DNA of 51,577 nucleotides from an uncultured Erysipelotrichaceae bacterium (GTDB lineage Bacteria; Bacillota_I; Bacilli_A; RF39; UBA660): NCBI GenBank assembly GCA_902795755.1, contig CADBMO010000058.1, positions 1 to 51,577 of the forward strand, read 5' to 3'. Shown piece by piece: positions 45,973 to 51,577 of this stretch (position 1 is its first letter; each line of letters starts with the position of its first letter). The notes under the pieces were generated by a model. It saw only the letters and a program-made list of their open reading frames with translations, ran no database searches and was not told where the DNA came from. The position numbers and the translations under genes were made by a program.

Positions 45973-48558
45973 TTAATCTTTTTTATGTTTTTTTAATATA
46001 TAAGGCATTATAACAAGTAATATTATTACTGAAAATCCAGATAATACAAGGCCCAATTTCATATTCTTAGGATAATATTTAATTTTTATTTCATGATTTC
46101 CTTTTGGGCAATTAAACGCCATAAATGAATCAGCAATTTTATATGTTTTTACCATTTTATTATCAACGTATACTTTCCATCCTTCATCATATGCAATGCT
46201 TGTAAATACCATTTTATCTGTTTTTAATTTAATATTACCATTTATTAAGGTTTCTTTATATGATGTTACGTTTAATCTTTCGCTTTTAATAGATTTATAA
46301 AATTTATTAAATACATCGTCATTTAAAGTGTACGCATAAAAATATACATATGAATCATATTTTGATGACAAATCAAATTCAATCGTAACTTCATCTTCTG
46401 TATATGTACCAATATTTAATGTATAATACTCATCAGATGTTATAGAATGATATTCATCGTTGACATAAAAACTTGAGACATTAGGTCCACCAACATAAAT
46501 GTATAAATCTTTATGCTTTGAATTATCAAGGACAAATTTAAATGATGATTTTTTATCTTTTAATTTATAATTAAATTCTCCATTACTATTATTGTTAAAA
46601 GAATCTCCAATAATCTCAACATTTTCCGTTCTTAATACCTTAACATCATCATAAACACTTTCATTTGTATCTAATAATAGTTTTACAAACTGATCTTGAT
46701 TATAAAATGGTTTATATTCTAATAGATTCCATTTTACTAATTTTTTATTTGCACCATATCCTATTGAAGATGGATACTTGTACTCTAATAAATTAGCGGT
46801 TTCATTTGAATCTATTACTTTATAATTATCACTATTTATACTAGAACCCATAATGTAACTAATATTAAATATCGTGTTATAAACCGGAGTTTGATAATCA
46901 ACGTAATAATAGCTATTAATTGTATTCCCTGCAAGTCCAAGCATTCTTTGGTGAGATGAAACTGATTCATATGCCATGGACGAAAAAGTTGATATACCAT
47001 AATAATCATACCAGGCAGGATCATTTAGTGTTACATATGATGTTTTTTCTATCCTATACAAATCATTATTATATTTTCTAGCAGTTTTTATTAATTTTTC
47101 ATAACCCGGTTTATCATTCATAAACGTTTCAATATCATGGTCTATTGACCAATTATTATTAATTCCATAGATCATTTCAATAGAAATTACTAATATTAAA
47201 ACGCCACCACCTATTATTTTGGTCTTATTATTAATCTTCGTAAAAAAGAAAAGAAGATAATAAATAAGAAGTAAAATCATACATAATAGTGCCTTTTCAT
47301 CAGTAATGTTTTTAAAATCAAATTTTGCTGATAACATTACCATAACAATTATTAATGCAAACGAAATAGAAGTCTTTAAAATTCCGGCATCTTTAAGTTT
47401 TGTAGACGAATAATAACCTATCGTTGTTAAGCAAAAAACGTATAAAAATGAATATCTCCATGGTAAATCATTAGGTACATGAAATGCATGCCATATATAA
47501 TCTATTAGATTAATATCAAAGAATAAAAAGAATGATATGATGCATAATAATGAAATTATTTTTATTTTAATATTAACTTTTTTATTTAAAAACAATAAAA
47601 GTACAAACACTAAAGTAATTAATCCACAATAAATGTTTGGTAGTGGCAAAATATCACTTGCAAAAACAGTTCTAGATACACCTGTTATATGGTTAAATAC
47701 ATAGTCAATAACCTTAAAATTAAACTCAAATGCAGGAAATGATCCTCCCGTTGCGGAAATGCTACTTAATGACGTTGCAAGTGGTAATAAGAAAAATGAT
47801 ACTAATCCACCTGCTAATAGTGATGATACCGCAAATAGTATTGTTTTTTTAAAAATATATTTAATGTTATATTTTCCTCTTAAGAATAAATAGCCAAGAA
47901 AATATAGTACCGAAAATATACATATCATATAACCTATAAAATAATTTGCAAATAACATAATTGCTAATGAAACTATATATAAATACGGTTTATTATTATC
48001 AATTAATTTACTTATACCAAGCATTATTATTGGTAAGAAAACTATTCCATCTAACCACATTATATTCCAATAAAAAGCACAAAAATATCCTGAGTAAGCA
48101 TATAGTAATCCAAATACTAGCGTAAATATACTATCTTTATTAAATTGTTTTTTTAGATAATATGACATTGTACAAGATGCAAAAATAAGTTTAAGCGCTA
48201 TAATTACTGAATATCCCATAATAATATTATCTTTTTTTAAAAATAACAATATTATATTAAATGGACTAGATAAATAGTTTAAATAATTTCTAAAAAACGG
48301 TATTCCACCACCCGTATTAAAAGAAAAAATTAAATTTTCTCCTTGTTTAATCCTGTCTGTTAATTCATTTAATAATGGACCATATTGATGAAAAAAATCA
48401 ACGTCTAACATTGAATTGGATCCAAAAGGTGCAATGCCTTGTAATTTAAATACTACACCTATAATTATTGTACTAACTATAAAAGTTAAAAATAACCACC
48501 TATTATTATGAACTATTAATAGTAGTTTATTTACTATTTTTTTTATCTTATTATTCAT
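45973..48558 (-). CDS. yfhO: YfhO family polytopic membrane protein (GT-C-like glycosyltransferase)
   Basis: Start at the ATG at 48558 (GGTGA RBS). About 860 aa with at least 12 TM helices, a large C-terminal extracytoplasmic domain and a final TM helix, as in YfhO. Confidence 0.8.
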   Translation of the reverse strand: MNNKIKKIVNKLLLIVHNNRWLFLTFIVSTIIIGVVFKLQGIAPFGSNSMLDVDFFHQYGPLLNELTDRIKQGENLIFSFNTGGGIPFFRNYLNYLSSPFNIILLFLKKDNIIMGYSVIIALKLIFASCTMSYYLKKQFNKDSIFTLVFGLLYAYSGYFCAFYWNIMWLDGIVFLPIIMLGISKLIDNNKPYLYIVSLAIMLFANYFIGYMICIFSVLYFLGYLFLRGKYNIKYIFKKTILFAVSSLLAGGLVSFFLLPLATSLSSISATGGSFPAFEFNFKVIDYVFNHITGVSRTVFASDILPLPNIYCGLITLVFVLLLFLNKKVNIKIKIISLLCIISFFLFFDINLIDYIWHAFHVPNDLPWRYSFLYVFCLTTIGYYSSTKLKDAGILKTSISFALIIVMVMLSAKFDFKNITDEKALLCMILLLIYYLLFFFTKINNKTKIIGGGVLILVISIEMIYGINNNWSIDHDIETFMNDKPGYEKLIKTARKYNNDLYRIEKTSYVTLNDPAWYDYYGISTFSSMAYESVSSHQRMLGLAGNTINSYYYVDYQTPVYNTIFNISYIMGSSINSDNYKVIDSNETANLLEYKYPSSIGYGANKKLVKWNLLEYKPFYNQDQFVKLLLDTNESVYDDVKVLRTENVEIIGDSFNNNSNGEFNYKLKDKKSSFKFVLDNSKHKDLYIYVGGPNVSSFYVNDEYHSITSDEYYTLNIGTYTEDEVTIEFDLSSKYDSYVYFYAYTLNDDVFNKFYKSIKSERLNVTSYKETLINGNIKLKTDKMVFTSIAYDEGWKVYVDNKMVKTYKIADSFMAFNCPKGNHEIKIKYYPKNMKLGLVLSGFSVIILLVIMPYILKKHKKD

Positions 48559-48608
48559 ATTTTTCACCATTATAATAATAACATAAAAAAATAAGTAAAA
48601 CAATAATT

Positions 48609-49010
48609 TTACTTATTTTGAATTACATATGTTTTATTAATCTGGACACTACTATTTTTAGGTACCCAATCATATTTTATTTGTTTTTCCGAATCAATTG
48701 ATATAATCTTATATCCAACTAATTCATTATTATAATTTTTTAGTTTAGTACCCATTAGATTAGCACTTTTTACGTTATTATTACATTTCATTATCAGTTT
48801 AACCGAAATATCGCTGATTTTATACGTATTAATAGTGCAATCATCTTGTTTTACGAGTGAACCTTTTATCGATGATAACGACGGATTATTAATTCCAATA
48901 CTTAATAGTACCATCATAATAACAACGCACATTGAAACCATCACGATTGATTCTTTTATGATTGTATTATCAGCAAGTTTTGGCCTTCCTACTTTTCTTT
49001 TTTCAGTCAT
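48609..49010 (-). CDS. VGRPKLAD-motif small surface protein (paralog C, 133 aa)
   Basis: Start at the ATG at 49010 (AAAGGTGA RBS), 4 nt after the stop of paralog D. MTEKRKVGRPKLADNTIIKESIVMVSMCVVIMMVLLSIG...SSIKG. One two-Cys module related to the repeats of paralog D. Confidence 0.75.
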   Translation of the reverse strand: MTEKRKVGRPKLADNTIIKESIVMVSMCVVIMMVLLSIGINNPSLSSIKGSLVKQDDCTINTYKISDISVKLIMKCNNNVKSANLMGTKLKNYNNELVGYKIISIDSEKQIKYDWVPKNSSVQINKTYVIQNK

Positions 49011-49014
49011 ACTA

Positions 49015-50100
49015 TCACCTTTTTGTTGTTGTAGTTGGCGTTGTTGTTGTAGTTTTATTAAGTGATTTTTGTACAACACTAGTTTTTGTAATAGAGTTTA
49101 TTTGGTTAGTACCATCAACTTTATAGTCAACTTTAAAATATATAATTCTAGTTACATCACTATCTTCAAATATAACGGTATCAGCCAAATTACTTTTATC
49201 TAATCCTACGTAGCTTCCGTTACCAATTTTATATGCTATATTTGTTACGCTTGAATTTGTACAATTTATTTTGTATTTAGCACTATCTACCGTAACATTT
49301 AATATATTTAATGAACATCCACCATTTACTTTAGTAGTTGTAGAAGTTTGAGGTTTAATTGTTCTAGTACTATATTTAGCAACATTACTATTATTTGCAT
49401 AATAAGCTACTTTAAATGTTATCATTTTGCTTTTTTGTGAATCAGATAATTTTACTGAATCATATGGTTTTTTAGTTAATAATTTTGAATATTTTCCATT
49501 ATCAATCTTGTAATATATATTTTTAATAGTTGCATTACTACACTCTACTTGGTAATCAATTCCAGTATTGGTTTTTGTTAATCTAGAAAAAGAGCATTCT
49601 CCATCAGCATTTTTTACAACTGATACATAAAACTTAGTTGATTTATCACTACCATCTTTTGTAGATACCGTAACAACACTATTTCCTTCTTTTAAGGCAG
49701 TTACTTTACCTGTTTCATCAACAGATAATACTTTTTCGTCAGAACTAGCATAATTTAATTCTTTATTACTAGCATCAACTGGAGATATTCTAACATATAG
49801 TTTTCTTGAAGTTCCAGCTTTTAACGTGATGTTTTTAAAAATAGGTTTGATTTCTGAGATAATAATGTTTTGACCACTAGTTTGTGGATTTATCATAGCA
49901 GTACCTCTTAAATTAATGGTTTTAAAACCAAATAAAGTACCATAACCAAACACAAGTAAAACAGCAACCGCAACAAATGAAAAACCAGCAACTATAAGTG
50001 ATCTTCTTTTTTGCGCTTTATCAGCTAATTTTGGCCTTCCTACTTTACGTTTTACTTCTTCTTCATCGTCAAATCCTAAGTATTCAATTGGATCTTTCAT
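49015..50100 (-). CDS. VGRPKLAD-motif surface protein (paralog D) with Big_2-like Ig domain and two two-Cys repeats
   Basis: Best start is the ATG at 50100 (AGGAG, 8-nt spacer). ...EEEVKRKVGRPKLADKAQKRRSLIVAGFSFVAVAVLLVFG...INLRG. Big_2-like block LKAGTSRKLYVRISPVDASN...TALKEGNSVVTVST. Two CxxxxC..N repeats. C-terminal TTTTTPTTTT. Confidence 0.8.
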   Translation of the reverse strand: MKDPIEYLGFDDEEEVKRKVGRPKLADKAQKRRSLIVAGFSFVAVAVLLVFGYGTLFGFKTINLRGTAMINPQTSGQNIIISEIKPIFKNITLKAGTSRKLYVRISPVDASNKELNYASSDEKVLSVDETGKVTALKEGNSVVTVSTKDGSDKSTKFYVSVVKNADGECSFSRLTKTNTGIDYQVECSNATIKNIYYKIDNGKYSKLLTKKPYDSVKLSDSQKSKMITFKVAYYANNSNVAKYSTRTIKPQTSTTTKVNGGCSLNILNVTVDSAKYKINCTNSSVTNIAYKIGNGSYVGLDKSNLADTVIFEDSDVTRIIYFKVDYKVDGTNQINSITKTSVVQKSLNKTTTTTPTTTTKR

Positions 50101-50232
50101 ATACATCACTCCTATATTATTATCTCTATATAAATGGTACCATTAAAATTATTACCAATCAATAAAAATATATACGTGATGTAAAGTGATTTTACACCTT
50201 ATATTTTGTAAAAAAAAGAATAGGTTTTACAC

Positions 50233-50937
50233 CTACCCTGTAAGTATTCTGACAAGTACTGGTCCTAATATAATAAGTAACATTAATGGAATGAAAAATA
50301 TTACCGAAAAAATACTTATTTTATTAGGAATTTTATTAATTTTAGCCCTTGTATCATTTACCTGTTTATCTCTAAGAAAATCTAATTGATTATACATCGT
50401 ATCAATTATACTATTTCCAAATAAACTAGATTGTTCCATATTTAAAATAATGTTGTTTATCGTAAGACTAGGAATTCTTTTACTCATAAGTGATAAACTT
50501 TCTGTTAATGATTTACCAAATTGAACTTGGTTAATAACTTCTTTAAATTCTTTAGAAATGTCAGAATCAATATACCTGCATGCCATCTTTATAGCATTTT
50601 CAAGATTTCTTCCGGATTCCAATCCTAAAGTTAAAACTTCAAAATAGTAGTATGCTTCACTATTTAATTTTTCTTCTCTTAGTTTAAGTGGTCTATCAAT
50701 CATAAAATAAGTATATATAAAATACCATATAACGGTTAATATAGGTGCTAAAATTACACCATAATCTATAAATATAAATACTATAATAAACACTAATATT
50801 GAAGTTAAAAATCTACGATTCATAAAACTATCTACCGAAAATGGTTTATTAACTCCAAATAAATCAATTTTTTCCTGTACTTTTTGAATATCCTTTTTTC
50901 TATATATTCTATGTATAAATGAGCTTTTACTTTTCAT
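50233..50937 (-). CDS. tadC: Tad-type pilus assembly membrane protein TadC-like (single T2SS-F domain)
   Basis: 234 aa. N-terminal TM pair, cytoplasmic GspF-like domain (LGLESGRNLENAIKMA...QVQFGKSLTESL), C-terminal TM helix. Its start overlaps the tadB stop (TAATG). Confidence 0.75.
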   Translation of the reverse strand: MKSKSSFIHRIYRKKDIQKVQEKIDLFGVNKPFSVDSFMNRRFLTSILVFIIVFIFIDYGVILAPILTVIWYFIYTYFMIDRPLKLREEKLNSEAYYYFEVLTLGLESGRNLENAIKMACRYIDSDISKEFKEVINQVQFGKSLTESLSLMSKRIPSLTINNIILNMEQSSLFGNSIIDTMYNQLDFLRDKQVNDTRAKINKIPNKISIFSVIFFIPLMLLIILGPVLVRILTG

Positions 50938-51577
50938 TATTCAAACCTCACTTTCATTATTCTATATACGACAAATGCATATATTCCATAGAAAATTATA
51001 ATTAATGCAAAAATAAATATACCTATCATACTACCAAATAATGGTGAAAAATAATTGTTGCTAATAAAATTTTGTAACCCATTAAAACTAGTTAAAATAT
51101 CAACTAAGTTACCATCATAACTCAAAAGAGAAATAATTAGTATCAACGCAGGCGGAAGAATTAATAAGAATATACTTAACATCTTAGAAGAAGATGTTAA
51201 GGAACTCATTTCTTCTTTTAATTTTTTCTTGTTAAATAACATTGCTTCAATAGATGCAAATACTTTTATTATGTTACCACCAGTTTTATTTAAAATGCTT
51301 AATGAAGATGTAATATATCCAACTTCTGATGACTCAACACGTTTTGAAAAACGATCAAATACGACATCTAAAGATAAACCATAATTGATTTCTAAATACA
51401 TTTTTTTAAACTCTTGTGCAATTGGTCCAGATAGTTCATGTGATACAATTTCAATTGCTTGCATAGTACTTCTTCCAGACCTAAACGCATTGTTCATAAT
51501 AATTATTGCGTTTAATAAATCTTGTTCAATTCGTTTTCTTTTAACCATATCATAAATAATAAAATAAATATCCATTA
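50937..51577 (-). CDS. tadB: Tad-type pilus assembly membrane protein TadB-like, probably truncated by the window edge
   Basis: GspF-like domain (AFRSGRSTMQAIEIV...INYGLSLDVVFDRF) and C-terminal TM helices. Only 212 aa are visible and the N-terminal TM region expected for TadB is missing. Confidence 0.7.
   Translation of the reverse strand, partial: MDIYFIIYDMVKRKRIEQDLLNAIIIMNNAFRSGRSTMQAIEIVSHELSGPIAQEFKKMYLEINYGLSLDVVFDRFSKRVESSEVGYITSSLSILNKTGGNIIKVFASIEAMLFNKKKLKEEMSSLTSSSKMLSIFLLILPPALILIISLLSYDGNLVDILTSFNGLQNFISNNYFSPLFGSMIGIFIFALIIIFYGIYAFVVYRIMKVRFE

Noticed and set aside
49018-49052. Short periodic tgttgttgtagt runs here and at about 32795-32825, considered as tandem repeats or a CRISPR-like signal.
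   Set aside because: They are in-frame Thr codon runs (ACA/ACT/ACC on the minus strand) encoding poly-Thr linkers. No spacer-repeat organisation exists anywhere in the window.
50186-50389. 67-aa plus-strand ORF at the tadC 3' end.
   Set aside because: Antisense to the conserved C-terminal TM region of TadC. Its hydrophobic translation is the mirror of that helix. No RBS.

Overview
Very AT-rich, standard-code (UGA = stop) chromosomal segment from a spore-forming Firmicute with Bacillus-like synteny, probably Erysipelotrichia or a related Bacilli lineage (low-confidence guess). Almost every gene is on the minus strand; rpsD is the clear exception. Recognisable core genes, by coordinate: ysxE/spoVID-like, lon, tig, greA, the yrrM-N-O tRNA ho5U/mo5U operon, polC, ezrA, rpsD, glyQS behind a T-box leader, recO, yqzL, era, yrzB-ruvX-ireB, two dgkA paralogs, ybeY, vanZ, yqfD, yqfC, rpsU, tRNA-Arg(UCU), gerM, gerE, spoIIIAH-like, yfhO and tadC/tadB (tadB truncated at the right edge). 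Several accessory elements sit between these. (1) Four surface proteins with unrelated ectodomains share a strictly conserved N-terminal module: basic residues, VGRPKLAD, a TM helix, then a (K/R)-G motif in three of the four. Two of them lie directly downstream of tadB-tadC and upstream of yfhO. I cannot place this module in any family I know, and it is my best candidate for an undescribed sorting, processing or surface-display system. (2) A minimal C39-peptidase ABC exporter is followed by two unannotated Ala-Gly-leader peptides (46 and 55 aa), with no immunity gene, wedged between tRNA-Arg and rpsU. (3) An orphan 877-aa modular type IV pilin sits between its own terminators, and there is a second Cys-rich protein with a pilin-like N-terminus. 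(4) An unusually short glycine T-box leader controls an unknown 258-aa ORF plus glyQS. No CRISPR array, transposase or integrase was seen.
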